64,000 nucleotides of DNA, from contig JAJDBU010000025.1 of NCBI GenBank assembly GCA_029261195.1, positions 104,874 through 168,873 on the forward strand, in the 5' to 3' direction. How positions within the stretch are numbered: the stretch's first letter is position 1; every line of letters starts with the position of its first letter. The DNA comes from Nitrospirota bacterium (GTDB taxonomy: Bacteria > Nitrospirota > Nitrospiria > SBBL01 > JAADHI01). Position numbers and translations under genes: made by a program. The notes under the pieces were generated by a model that ran no database searches, was not told the origin of the DNA, and saw only the letters and a program-made list of their open reading frames with translations. Shown one piece after another: positions 43,630 through 53,649 of this stretch.

Positions 43630-44702
43630 GTAAATTATATAAAACTGAAATCCGAAACACGATTGTAAAGAATGGACCTAAAAACCCCATTTCTGGAGTT
43701 GAATTGCCTGTTGGTTTTCCCGCATCTTTTGAAGCAGGGGTTGTCTCTATTTCCTCAATAACATGGCCAAAATTTAGCGAGAATATCGTGGTGGCTGACT
43801 GGAAGACACAAAACAATGTGATTGTCTCTTCCGGCTGGAGTTCTAAGAAGATTTTAGAAGAATTTATAAGAACGAAATACAAATCAGTACTGGATAGTAA
43901 AGGCCAAAAGACAAATTTTGTGTTGACACAAACAGGAGCAATTGAGGCTGTCAAAAAAAGAGAGCAAAGTAAAGGTCACGTTGTATCAGTATTAAGAGGC
44001 TTTGGGACAACCAATCAGATGAGGCTACTGTTGGAAAAAATTGATGTGAAATTCACGTATCCAAAGCCAGTCGATCTAATATCTTATTTAATATCTATAT
44101 TTACAAAAAGCGACGATCTCGTCTTGGACAGTTTTGCAGGCAGTGGGACTTCAGGTCATGCTGTTTCCCAATTAAATATAAGGGAAGGATCTAATCGCCG
44201 ATGGATCATGATCGAATTGGATCATGATAACGCAGAGAACACTGTTATTCCGAGAATGGAAAAAGTCATTGATGGATGCTCAGATTCTCAAATAGAAAAA
44301 CATGGCGGCGGTTTTCGTTTCTATCGCCTTGGTGCAAGGGCCTTTGATGAAAATGGCCGCATTTGCTCCGATATCCGTTTTCCTGTTTTAGCCGCCCATA
44401 TTTGGTTTTCCGAAACAAAAACCCCGTGGAATAGCTCAGGAAACAGTGCCGCACTCGGCATACACGAGGGCAGGGCATACGCCCTTCTTTATAATGGCAT
44501 CCTCGGTGACAAGCGACCCAATGGCGGCAATGTATTGACCAGTGGCACCCTGCAACTCATTCGTGCCGATCTTCAAAAAATCAATCCAGATTTTTCCGCC
44601 TCGATCACGATTTACGGAGAAAGCAGCCGCTTAGGGAGTGTGCATCTGAAACGCGAAAATGTCATTTTCAAACAAACGCCCTACGATGTGAAAGCGCGGT
44701 AG
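43630..44702 (+). pseudogene. Type III restriction-modification methyltransferase (mod), 5'-truncated at the IS boundary
   Basis: The C-terminal part is present (KPVDLISYLISIFTKSDDLVLDSFAGSGTSGHAV is motif I; GGGFRFYRLG follows). No DPPY/NPPY catalytic motif IV occurs anywhere. The reading frame stays open right up to the IS end at 43629. No N-terminal part lies on the other side of the IS. Confidence 0.75.
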
Positions 44703-44709
44703 GGGAAAA

Positions 44710-47361
44710 ATGAGACTAAAAGACTACCAACAAGAAACACTTCGCGTTCTTCGTAATTATCTGGAACTTTGCCGCCTGTGCGGCCCGGAGACGGCCTACA
44801 AAGAGATTATTGAAACGCCCGACCAAAAACGGCGTTTGGGTCGCTACGCCCAAGATTACAAGGCATTGGAAGAGCTTCCAAACATCCCCTATGTCTGCCT
44901 GCGACTTCCGACCGGTGGGGGAAAAACCCTGCTGGCTGCCCATGCCATTGCCATTGCTCAAAAAGCCTGGGTGGAAAAAGATCATCCCACCGTCCTTTGG
45001 CTTGTTCCAAGCAAAACGATTCGCAGACAAACTGTAGAGGCCCTTAAAAACCCGCGCCACCCCTATCGCCAGCAATTGGATGACTTATTTGAAGGACGGG
45101 TGAGGGTCTTCGATATTGGCGACTTTACACAGATTCGACCACAGGATATTCGTGACCAACTCACCGTGATTGTCGGAACCATTCAAACCCTGAAAATCTC
45201 CAATACGGAAGGTCGAAAGGTCTACGCACACAACGAAGACATGGAGCCTCACTTTACCGGGATTAAAAATGCCGCCGGTCTGGAAAAGCAGAACGGAAGC
45301 AATCGGATCAAATTTTCCTTCGCAAATCTACTGCACACCCTCCGTCCCATCATGATTGTTGATGAGGCCCATAACGCCGTGACGAATCTTTCGCGAGAAA
45401 TGCAAGAGCGGGTCAGCCCGAGTTGCATCATTGAATTTACGGCCACGCCGAGATTCAACAGCAACATCCTGCACAGTGTCACCGCGCAAGAACTGAAAGA
45501 TGAAGAGATGATCAAGCTGCCTATTGTGCTGAGTGAGCACACGAATTGGCAGTCGGCTGTAGACGGTGCCATTCAGCGGAGACAAGCGCTTGCCGACATT
45601 GCTGAAAAAGACTGTAAAGTCATCCGTCCGATTGTGCTCTTTCAGGCGCAAAAGAAGAACGAAGAAGTCACTGTGGATGTGCTGAAAAACTATCTGGTCG
45701 AAACAAGCGGCATTGCCGAAAATAAACTCGCAATTGCAACAGGGGAACAGCGCGAACTGGACGGCATCGACCTCTTTGATCTTCAATGTCCCATTGAATA
45801 CATCATTACGATAGAGGCCCTGAAAGAGGGTTGGGATTGTTCCTTTGCTTATGTCTTTTGTTCTGTATCCCGCATACAAAGTGCAACAGCGGTTGAACAA
45901 CTTTTGGGGCGGGTGCTCCGAATGCCTTTTGCGGAAAGGCGCAATGCCCCTGAACTGAACCGGTCCTATGCCCATGTCTCGGAAACGAGCTTTTCGGCGG
46001 CGGCCAATGCACTTCGTGACAAGCTCGTGGCGATGGGTTTTGATGAAGAGGAAGCCGCACTCAATATTGAACGTGAGCGTTGCGATGAGGAAGGTGAATT
46101 CCCTCTGTTTGGCGACGAGATCGGATCATCACCCAAGCCCAAGCCGAGTTTCACTGAGATTGTTGATGCGGCACCTGACTTGAGCGGGTTATCCGGGGCG
46201 GATAAACAGGCGGTCTCGGTCACGGAAATGCGTGATGGACAATTTGAAGTCAAAGTCACCGGCCCTGCTTCAGATGAAGCGCTGGCCCTGATTTCCACCG
46301 GCCTTCCAAAAGCCCGAAAGCAAGAATTCAAAGAAAAAACGACTGCCTTCAAATACCGGATTGAAAAAGAATGTTCACCCGCTACCCGAGGTATTCCCTT
46401 TGTCATGCCCAAATTGAGGGCCTACATTCAAGGGGAATTGGAGCTGGCGGACCCCGAAGTCTTTGACGAATATCATGACTGGTCCCTCTTGGACTATCCG
46501 GCCAAGCTGAGTGAAGATGAATTTAATATTCGGGATGAATCCCATCTCTTTGAAATCGATCTGGACGGTCGGAAACTCGCGATTTCCTACGCCTCGCAAG
46601 AGGAACAATTACCACTTGATATTGCAGTCGAGAGTTGGACGGAAAACAAGCTGGCATTGGCGCTGGACAAGCTCATTGCCGATCCGCGTTTTGGTCAATC
46701 TGAACGCCTAAAGTGGTGCCTGGCACATGTGAATGATCTGGTCATCAATCGAGGCATCTCCTTAAGCGCCCTCTGGCGCGCTAAATTTGTACTCGGTCGA
46801 AAGTTGCTCGAACGCATCAAGTTGCTGAAAGCAAAAGAAGCGGTGAAGGCCTATCAAAAATGCTTGTTTGCACCGGAAGCCAAAACGGATGTTTCTTTCG
46901 ACGACCCTTTTGTTTTTTCAGAAGGCATGTATGAGGGACAAAAACCGCATCGCGGGAAGTTTCGATTCAAGAAGCATTTTCTCGAGCTTGTCCCGGCAAT
47001 GGATGGACGAGGCGATGGAGAAGAAGTCCAGTGTGCGATGGCGATTGACAGCCTGTCAGAGATGAAGCACTGGCTCCGGAATGTTTCTCAGCATCCGGCC
47101 TCTTTCAAATTTCCCTTGGCGCAAGGCTGGACTTACCCCGATTTTGTCGCAGAGTTAAATGACGGCAGATTGCTCGTTGTGGAATACAAAGGGGCGCATC
47201 TTTTGAACGACCCGGAAACCCGAGAGAAAAAACTCATCGGAGAACTTTGGGAGCGGAAGATGGATGGCAGAGGTTTGTATCTTATGGCGGTGAAGTCAGA
47301 TGAGGGCAAGGATGTTCGGGCGCAGTTAATGGCGAAAATCAGGAAAGCTTGCCCTGATTGA
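44710..47361 (+). CDS. Type III restriction enzyme Res subunit (SF2 helicase + PD-(D/E)xK nuclease)
   Basis: 883 aa. Contains LPTGGGKTLLAA, MIVDEAHNAV, EALKEGWDC and the C-terminal YPDFVAELNDGRLLVVEYKG nuclease motif. Confidence 0.9.
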   Translation: MRLKDYQQETLRVLRNYLELCRLCGPETAYKEIIETPDQKRRLGRYAQDYKALEELPNIPYVCLRLPTGGGKTLLAAHAIAIAQKAWVEKDHPTVLWLVPSKTIRRQTVEALKNPRHPYRQQLDDLFEGRVRVFDIGDFTQIRPQDIRDQLTVIVGTIQTLKISNTEGRKVYAHNEDMEPHFTGIKNAAGLEKQNGSNRIKFSFANLLHTLRPIMIVDEAHNAVTNLSREMQERVSPSCIIEFTATPRFNSNILHSVTAQELKDEEMIKLPIVLSEHTNWQSAVDGAIQRRQALADIAEKDCKVIRPIVLFQAQKKNEEVTVDVLKNYLVETSGIAENKLAIATGEQRELDGIDLFDLQCPIEYIITIEALKEGWDCSFAYVFCSVSRIQSATAVEQLLGRVLRMPFAERRNAPELNRSYAHVSETSFSAAANALRDKLVAMGFDEEEAALNIERERCDEEGEFPLFGDEIGSSPKPKPSFTEIVDAAPDLSGLSGADKQAVSVTEMRDGQFEVKVTGPASDEALALISTGLPKARKQEFKEKTTAFKYRIEKECSPATRGIPFVMPKLRAYIQGELELADPEVFDEYHDWSLLDYPAKLSEDEFNIRDESHLFEIDLDGRKLAISYASQEEQLPLDIAVESWTENKLALALDKLIADPRFGQSERLKWCLAHVNDLVINRGISLSALWRAKFVLGRKLLERIKLLKAKEAVKAYQKCLFAPEAKTDVSFDDPFVFSEGMYEGQKPHRGKFRFKKHFLELVPAMDGRGDGEEVQCAMAIDSLSEMKHWLRNVSQHPASFKFPLAQGWTYPDFVAELNDGRLLVVEYKGAHLLNDPETREKKLIGELWERKMDGRGLYLMAVKSDEGKDVRAQLMAKIRKACPD

Positions 47362-47382
47362 GGGTAGTGTAATGCAGTGGAT

Positions 47383-47410
47383 CCCCGCCTTCGCGGGAAT
47401 GACTTTTTTT
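47383..47410 (+). terminator. Weak hairpin + T-run after res (REP-like CCCGC..GCGGGAATGAC motif)
   Basis: CCCGC (47384..47388), a cttc loop, GCGGG (47393..47397), then aatgac and TTTTTTT (47404..47410). The short stem and the 6-nt gap to the T-run make this weak. Confidence 0.3.
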
Positions 47411-47445
47411 GCTTGCCACATCACATCGGTGAACCACAAAAACGA

Positions 47446-47475
47446 TTGACAAGGATGGAGGATCGCCCTTAAAAT
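47446..47475 (+). promoter_or_regulatory. Candidate sigma70 promoter of the rTCA gene block
   Basis: TTGACA (47446..47451), an 18-nt spacer, then TAAAAT (47470..47475), ~90 nt upstream of the aclB ATG. Confidence 0.45.
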
Positions 47476-47564
47476 TGCGGCGGTTTTACTCGTCATTATG
47501 ACTCGTTAGAAGTGGTTTTAATAATAGTGTTGAAAATCGAATTTTGAATATGGAGGCTTAAATT

Positions 47565-48770
47565 ATGGCGAAGGTCTTAGAAGGTCCCGGTATGGGGCTC
47601 GTTTCAAAATGGGGGATGGCTGTCCCTCACTATGTGGTCATTACTGAAGCCGAACAGCTCGGGTCTCTGGCTCAGGCAAATGCCTGGCTGAGAGAGTCGA
47701 AACTGGTTGTGAAGGCCCATGAAGCGATTGGTTCGCGGATGAAGTTGGGCCTGGTCAAAGTGGGTCTTAATCTGGATGAGGCGCGCGCTGCCGCGAAAGA
47801 GATGCTGGGAAAAGCTGTTGCCGAAGTGACCATTTCACAGGTGATTATCTCCGAAATGGTCAAGCACGAAGCAGAATTTTACATCGCGGCGCAATCCACC
47901 CGTGACGGGGCCGAACTGCTCTTGACGAACATGGGCGGCATTGAAGTCGAAGAAAACTGGGAAAAAGTCAAAAAGATTGCGATTACACTGGGTGATACGC
48001 CGAGTTCAGATCAACTGACACAGCTTGCAAAAGATGCCGGTTTTGAAGGAGCACTTGTTCCAAAGGTGGTCGATTTTGCCTCCAAGCTCTTCCAATGCCT
48101 TGAGCAGGAAGACGGGACCTACCTGGAAATCAATCCCCTTGTGCTGAGAAAATCCACCGGTGAATTGACGGCCCTGGATGCCGTAACGATGGTGGATGCC
48201 GATGCACGTTTCCGTCATCCCGACTGGAATTTCAGCTTTGCCTCCGAATTCGGCCGCCCTTATTCCGACAATGAAAAGGCCATCCTGGAGATCGATACCC
48301 AGGTGAAAGGCTCAGTGAAGTTTATCGAGATTCCCGGTGGCGATACCGCCCTGCTTCCTGCCGGTGGCGGGGCCTCGGTCTATTATTCCGATGCCGTGCT
48401 TGCAATGGGCGGCACCCTGGCCAATTACTCCGAGTACTCAGGCGATCCGCCCGACTGGGCCGTCGAGGCCTTGACCGAAAAAGTCTGTTCTTTAAAAGGC
48501 ATCAAGCGCATCATTGTCGGTGGGGCCATTGCCAATTTCACCAATGTTAAAAAAACCTTCTCAGGCATCATCAAGGGTTTCAGAAAAGCAAAAGCCGACG
48601 GAAAAATGGAAGGCGTTTCAATCTGGGTGCGTCGTGGCGGACCCTTTGAAAAAGAAGGCCTGGCCGCAATGAAGGAACTCGAAAACGAAGGTTTTGACAT
48701 CCATGTCTATGACCGCTATACCCCATTAACCGACATCGTCGATTACGCGATCAAAGGAGTTGAAGCATGA
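47565..48770 (+). CDS. aclB: ATP-citrate lyase, beta (small) subunit
   Basis: 401 aa with a SucC-like ATP-grasp. The N-terminus MAKVLEGPGMGLVSKWGMAVPHYVV resembles bacterial AclB. 4-nt overlap with aclA. Confidence 0.85.
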   Translation: MAKVLEGPGMGLVSKWGMAVPHYVVITEAEQLGSLAQANAWLRESKLVVKAHEAIGSRMKLGLVKVGLNLDEARAAAKEMLGKAVAEVTISQVIISEMVKHEAEFYIAAQSTRDGAELLLTNMGGIEVEENWEKVKKIAITLGDTPSSDQLTQLAKDAGFEGALVPKVVDFASKLFQCLEQEDGTYLEINPLVLRKSTGELTALDAVTMVDADARFRHPDWNFSFASEFGRPYSDNEKAILEIDTQVKGSVKFIEIPGGDTALLPAGGGASVYYSDAVLAMGGTLANYSEYSGDPPDWAVEALTEKVCSLKGIKRIIVGGAIANFTNVKKTFSGIIKGFRKAKADGKMEGVSIWVRRGGPFEKEGLAAMKELENEGFDIHVYDRYTPLTDIVDYAIKGVEA

Positions 48771-50590
48771 GCATCCTAACGACTAAAAACACCCGAGTAG
48801 TGATACAGGGCGGACCCGCCGGTGAAAGCGCCGCGCGTCGTATGGCCGAATTCTGTCATTTAAGCCGTATTCCCTTTAACGTGGCGGCCTTTGTTTTTCC
48901 TCCGGGTGCAGGGAAGACCGTTGAAATACAGTGCGGTAGTGAACTGATTTCCGTGCCGACCTATAAAACGGTCGCAGAGGCAACGGATGCCCATCCTGAA
49001 ATCGACACCTCCCTTGTTTATATCGGACCGAGCAGGGCTTATGCCGGTACGATGGAGGCCTTAAGCTCTCCAAATATCAAGCTTGTTTCGATGATTACTG
49101 AAGGCATTCCTGAACGAGACGCAAAAAAACTCCGCATCGAATCGGAACGGCGAGGCAAAACATTTAACGGTCCTTCCTCTATCGGGATCCTCTCGGCAGG
49201 TGAGGCGCGTCTGGGCGTCATCGGCGGTTCCTACGACAACCTGGTGCTTTGCAAACTGCATCGTCAAGGATCCTTTGGTGTCATTACAAAGTCCGGTGGG
49301 CTTTCCAACGAAATTATGTGGATCTGTAGCCAGTTTGCCGACGGCATTACTACCGCAATCGGCATCGGCGGTGACACCTATCCCGGCTCCGATTTTTCGA
49401 CCTATCTCGAAATGTTCGAAAACGACCCTCAAACCAAGGCCGTGGTCATGGTCGGGGAAATGGGCGGTGATTTAGAAGAAGGCGCTGCCGCCTGGTATGC
49501 CGCAAAGAAACGCCGGATTAAATTGATCGGCGTGGTTTCCGGTTACTGTCAGGAAGAATTGCCGAAGGGCATGAAGTTCGGTCACGCCGGAGCAAAAGAA
49601 GGTCGACATGGTGAAGGTTCGGCACGGGCCAAGTCAGAAGCGCTTCAGGCGGCGGGGGCCATCGTTCCTGCAACCTTCGGCGGCTTGGGACCGGCCATTA
49701 AAGCAGCCTATGAAGACATTCTTGCCTCTGGCGAAGCCAAAGCGCCTGCAACGAGTGCTGAACCACAAAACCTGCCGAAAACAATTGATGAGGCCGTAAA
49801 AGACGGTGATGTTTTTGCTGAGCCCCTGCTCAAATCATCCATCTGTGATGATCGGGGAGAAGAGCCGCTCTACAGCGGTTATGCGGCATCCGAGCTGATC
49901 GATAAGGGCTACCAGATTCCTCATGTGATCGGTTTGCTCTGGGATAAACGACTGCTCTCGCCGGTTGAGGCGGAAATTGTGAAGCGCATTGTCATTCTTT
50001 CTGCGGATCACGGCCCCTGCGTTTCCGGTGCCTTGGTGACGATCATTGCGGCCTGTGCCGGGATCAACATGGCTCAGGCGGTTGCGGCGGGTATGATCAT
50101 GATCGGCCCGCGTTTCGGCGGCGCAGTGACCGGCGCGGGACAATGGTTCAGTTATGCGGTAAAAAACAAAATGGACGTCGATGAGTTCCTGGCCTACATG
50201 AAAAAAAATGTCGGCCCGGTGCCGGGTATTGGGCATCGCGTGAAATCGCTTCGCAATCCTGACAAGCGGGTAAAATCTCTGGTCAGTTATGTGAAATCAA
50301 CCGGCATTCCAACACCGCATCTTGATTTTGCTCTTCAGGTTGAAGCGCGGACGACGGTAAAAAAAGACACCCTGATTTTAAATGTCGATGGCACGATGGC
50401 CGCAATCCTGGTTGACCTTGGTTTCCCGGTGGATGCCCTCAACGGCTTCTTCATTTTGTCTCGTACCATCGGGATGATCGGCCATTGGATCGACCAGAAA
50501 CAGCAGGGTAGCCGTTTAGTCCGTCTCTTTAAATATCTGGCCAACTATGTATCACCCAAGAAAAGAGAGGTACCCCCTCTCGATTCCTAA
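48767..50590 (+). CDS. aclA: ATP-citrate lyase, alpha (large) subunit
   Basis: 607 aa. A SucD-like CoA-ligase domain carries the phosphohistidine loop KFGHAGA. The C-terminal citrate-synthase-like lyase domain includes GHRVKS. Confidence 0.9.
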   Translation: MSILTTKNTRVVIQGGPAGESAARRMAEFCHLSRIPFNVAAFVFPPGAGKTVEIQCGSELISVPTYKTVAEATDAHPEIDTSLVYIGPSRAYAGTMEALSSPNIKLVSMITEGIPERDAKKLRIESERRGKTFNGPSSIGILSAGEARLGVIGGSYDNLVLCKLHRQGSFGVITKSGGLSNEIMWICSQFADGITTAIGIGGDTYPGSDFSTYLEMFENDPQTKAVVMVGEMGGDLEEGAAAWYAAKKRRIKLIGVVSGYCQEELPKGMKFGHAGAKEGRHGEGSARAKSEALQAAGAIVPATFGGLGPAIKAAYEDILASGEAKAPATSAEPQNLPKTIDEAVKDGDVFAEPLLKSSICDDRGEEPLYSGYAASELIDKGYQIPHVIGLLWDKRLLSPVEAEIVKRIVILSADHGPCVSGALVTIIAACAGINMAQAVAAGMIMIGPRFGGAVTGAGQWFSYAVKNKMDVDEFLAYMKKNVGPVPGIGHRVKSLRNPDKRVKSLVSYVKSTGIPTPHLDFALQVEARTTVKKDTLILNVDGTMAAILVDLGFPVDALNGFFILSRTIGMIGHWIDQKQQGSRLVRLFKYLANYVSPKKREVPPLDS

Positions 50591-50632
50591 TGGAGTGTCG
50601 GTTTTTTTGCACCTGTTCAAAAGGAGAGTCTC

Positions 50633-52879
50633 ATGTCCTACGAGTTGATTAAAAAGCATTATGAAAAAATGGCGGATCGCGTCGCTGCTGCACGGAAACG
50701 CTTTGGTCGTCCTTTAACCCTTGCCGAAAAAAACCTGGTCTCCCACTTGGATGATCTTGAAAACCAGCATTGGGAGCGCGGTGTCGCCCAATTGCTGCTT
50801 CATCCGGATCGTGTGGCGATGCAGGATGCGACGGCGCAGATGGCGATGTTGCAGTTTATTCAAGCCGGTAAGAAGCGCGTTGCCGTGCCCAGTACGATCC
50901 ATTGCGACCATCTCATTCGTGCTCAAACAGGGGCAGAAGAAGACATTGACCGGGCAATAGCGGAAAACAAGGAAGTCTACGACTTTCTGGGTTCTGCCGC
51001 AGAAAAATACGGTATCGGTTTCTGGAAACCGGGCGCCGGCATCATTCATCAGGTTGTTCTGGAAAACTATGCCTTTCCGGGCGGATTGATTATCGGAACC
51101 GACTCCCACACACCGAACGGCGGCGGCCTCGGTATGTTGGCGATCGGAGTCGGCGGGGCCGATGCCGGTGAAGTCATGGCCGGACTGCCTTGGGAAGTGC
51201 TTCATCCGAAACTCTTGGGCGTGAAACTGACAGGTTCTTTGAGGGGCTGGGCCTCGGCGAAGGATGTCATCCTTTATCTTCTGGGACAGCTCACGACCAA
51301 AGGCGGCACCAATAAAATCGTTGAATATTTCGGTCCGGGCGCTGAAACTATCTCTGCGACGGGTAAAGGCACCATCACAAACATGGGCGCTGAGCTCGGC
51401 GCAACGACCTCGGTTTTCCCCTACGATGCGAAAATGGCTGCCTACCTTAAAATCACCAATCGCAGCGATATTGCAGAATTGGCTGAAGCCAATCGGGCGC
51501 TCTTGAGGGCTGATCCTGAAGTTTTGGCTAATCCAGAGAACTATTACGATCAGGTCGTCGAGATCAATCTGTCTGAGTTGGAGCCTCATGTTGTGGGGCC
51601 TCATTCTCCTGACCTGGCCCGTCCAATTTCAGCTTTGGCGGCGGAGGCGAAAGAAAAAGGCTATCCTCGAGAAGTGAAAGCAGCCCTCATAGGAAGCTGC
51701 ACCAACTCTTCCTATGAGGATATCGGTCGTGCAGCACATATTGCACGGCAAGGCCTGAAAGCCGGACTGAAAGCAAAGGGCGTCTTCGTGGTTTCACCGG
51801 GTTCGGAACGGATCTACCACACGATGAAACGAGATGGTTTTCTCCAAACTTTTGAAGAAATGGGCGGCACGGTCATGGCCAATGCCTGCGGCCCCTGCAT
51901 CGGCCAGTGGAAACGGGAAGATGTCGAAAAAGGCGAACCCAACTCCATCATTAGCTCTTTTAATCGGAACTTCAAAGCGCGTAATGACGCCAATCCCGAA
52001 ACGCTGTCTTTTTTGAGCAGCCCGGAGCTGGTGACCGTAATGGCTTTTTCAGGCGACCTTCATTTCAATCCTCTCACAGATGCCCTGGAATCGGCCGATG
52101 GCACAAAGGTTTATTTTGAAGCCCCTCAAGCGGATGAGTTGCCCAGTGAAGGTTTTGCTGGAGGGAGCGAGGGTTTAGTTGAACCGCCTGAAGATGGTGA
52201 AGGCGTGACGGTGATTGTCGGAGCTGAGAGTGAACGACTTCAGTTGCTAGAGCCTTTTCCAGTCTGGGATGGCAATGACCTGGAAGATCTTGCAGTCCTG
52301 CTTAAAGTGGAGGGAAAATGTACAACGGATCACATCTCTCCGGCGGGTCCCTGGTTGCGCTATCGCGGTCATCTGGACCGCATCAGCGACAACATGTTTT
52401 TAGGCGCAAATAATATTTTTGCAGAAACAGGCAAGGCCAACGATGTGCTGGCGAAGGAGTTGAATCTGACGCCGTCTCAAGTGGCTAGGCGCTATAAGTT
52501 AAAGGGTGTTAGCTCCATCGTGGTCGGCGACGAGAATTACGGTGAAGGCAGTTCCCGCGAACATGCCGCCATGTCGCCGAGATTCCTGGGTATCAAAGTC
52601 GTGATTACAAAGAGTTTTGCGCGGATTCATGAGACCAACCTGAAGAAACAGGGCGTTCTGCCGCTCACCTTTGCCGATCCGGCGGATTGGGCGAAGATCA
52701 AGCAGGATGACCGTGTCAGTGTTGTGGGGCTTTCAAAGCTTGCACCGGAGCTTCCGATAGACCTCGTGATCCACAAGGCCGGAGGCGAAGAAGTCCGTAT
52801 TCAGGCTAATCACAGCATGACGGACAAACAGATAGACTGGTTTAAAGCGGGTTCGGCGCTGAATGCCCTTACGGCATGA
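50633..52879 (+). CDS. Aconitate hydratase (~750-aa mitochondrial-like type)
   Basis: 748 aa. Contains HCDHLI, GTDSHTPNGGGLG, NACGPCIGQW, SFNRNFKARND and a swivel domain with GEGSSREHAA. Confidence 0.95.
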   Translation: MSYELIKKHYEKMADRVAAARKRFGRPLTLAEKNLVSHLDDLENQHWERGVAQLLLHPDRVAMQDATAQMAMLQFIQAGKKRVAVPSTIHCDHLIRAQTGAEEDIDRAIAENKEVYDFLGSAAEKYGIGFWKPGAGIIHQVVLENYAFPGGLIIGTDSHTPNGGGLGMLAIGVGGADAGEVMAGLPWEVLHPKLLGVKLTGSLRGWASAKDVILYLLGQLTTKGGTNKIVEYFGPGAETISATGKGTITNMGAELGATTSVFPYDAKMAAYLKITNRSDIAELAEANRALLRADPEVLANPENYYDQVVEINLSELEPHVVGPHSPDLARPISALAAEAKEKGYPREVKAALIGSCTNSSYEDIGRAAHIARQGLKAGLKAKGVFVVSPGSERIYHTMKRDGFLQTFEEMGGTVMANACGPCIGQWKREDVEKGEPNSIISSFNRNFKARNDANPETLSFLSSPELVTVMAFSGDLHFNPLTDALESADGTKVYFEAPQADELPSEGFAGGSEGLVEPPEDGEGVTVIVGAESERLQLLEPFPVWDGNDLEDLAVLLKVEGKCTTDHISPAGPWLRYRGHLDRISDNMFLGANNIFAETGKANDVLAKELNLTPSQVARRYKLKGVSSIVVGDENYGEGSSREHAAMSPRFLGIKVVITKSFARIHETNLKKQGVLPLTFADPADWAKIKQDDRVSVVGLSKLAPELPIDLVIHKAGGEEVRIQANHSMTDKQIDWFKAGSALNALTA

Positions 52880-52904
52880 GGATTTGAGGGAGAGAGATCA
52901 CTGC

Positions 52905-53585
52905 ATGACAGCCACATCGACTGAGGGCGTCGCTCCAAAACAGATTACCATTGAGGTCATGGGCAAGTTCTATCAAGTCCCCGAAGGTCTCACTATGTTG
53001 CAGGCGATGTGGCACACGGGTCATGAGTTGACACGGGGCGTCGGTTGTCTTGGGGGCATCTGTGGGGCCTGTTCGGCCACCTACCGGACAAAGGACAGCA
53101 TTAAAATCAAGAGTACCCTGGCCTGCCAGACCTTGATTGAGGATGGCATGTCCTTCTCCCTGGTTCACACTTATTATCCGAATCGGAAAATCCCCTACGA
53201 CTTTAAAGAGATGGAGGATCCAAAGCAGGATCTTTTCCGTTATTATCCCGAAGCCGCCCTCTGCCGTAATTGTAATACCTGTACCCTGGCCTGTCCCAAA
53301 GGGATAGATGTTCGGGCAGCGGTCTGGAAGGCGGTTTTTGGTGATTTTGAGGAATGCGCCGAGCACTTTATGCCCTGCGTGATGTGCAGTCTTTGCGTTC
53401 CGGTTTGTATCGCCGATATCGCGCCGAATCAGGTCGGTGTCTTTGTCCGACGGGCACAGGGGATCTTTTTTGAAAACAAATCGCCTCAACTGAAAAACCG
53501 GGTCGATGAAATTGAAAAAGGGGTTTATGATCAGGAGTGGGAGCGGGTTTTAAATCTTTCGGATGCTCAATTGCTTGCTGATTGA
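52905..53585 (+). CDS. FrdB/SdhB-like iron-sulfur protein, paralog 1 ([2Fe-2S] + 2x[4Fe-4S] Cys patterns)
   Basis: The likely start is MTATSTEG (GAGGGAGAGAG upstream); the track start at 52863 overlaps aconitase. Cys patterns are CLGGICGAC..LAC, CRNCNTCTLACP and CVMCSLCVPVC. Confidence 0.7.
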   Translation: MTATSTEGVAPKQITIEVMGKFYQVPEGLTMLQAMWHTGHELTRGVGCLGGICGACSATYRTKDSIKIKSTLACQTLIEDGMSFSLVHTYYPNRKIPYDFKEMEDPKQDLFRYYPEAALCRNCNTCTLACPKGIDVRAAVWKAVFGDFEECAEHFMPCVMCSLCVPVCIADIAPNQVGVFVRRAQGIFFENKSPQLKNRVDEIEKGVYDQEWERVLNLSDAQLLAD

Positions 53586-53609
53586 ATGCGGCCCTTAATT
53601 TCTCAAACC

Positions 53610-53649
53610 CTTGGAATCTCAGCATTTTGCTTGGAATCTCACCATTTTG
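53610..53649 (+). repeat. Tandem 20-bp duplication (2 copies, 1 mismatch)
   Basis: cttggaatctcaGcattttg (53610..53629) and cttggaatctcaCcattttg (53630..53649) lie exactly over the initiation region of the second frdB-like gene. Confidence 0.85.

Noticed and set aside
43613-43954. 113-aa minus-strand ORF crossing the IS right end
   Set aside because: It spans the IS inverted repeat and the mod fragment in antisense, and no motif is present. It is an artefact of the junction.
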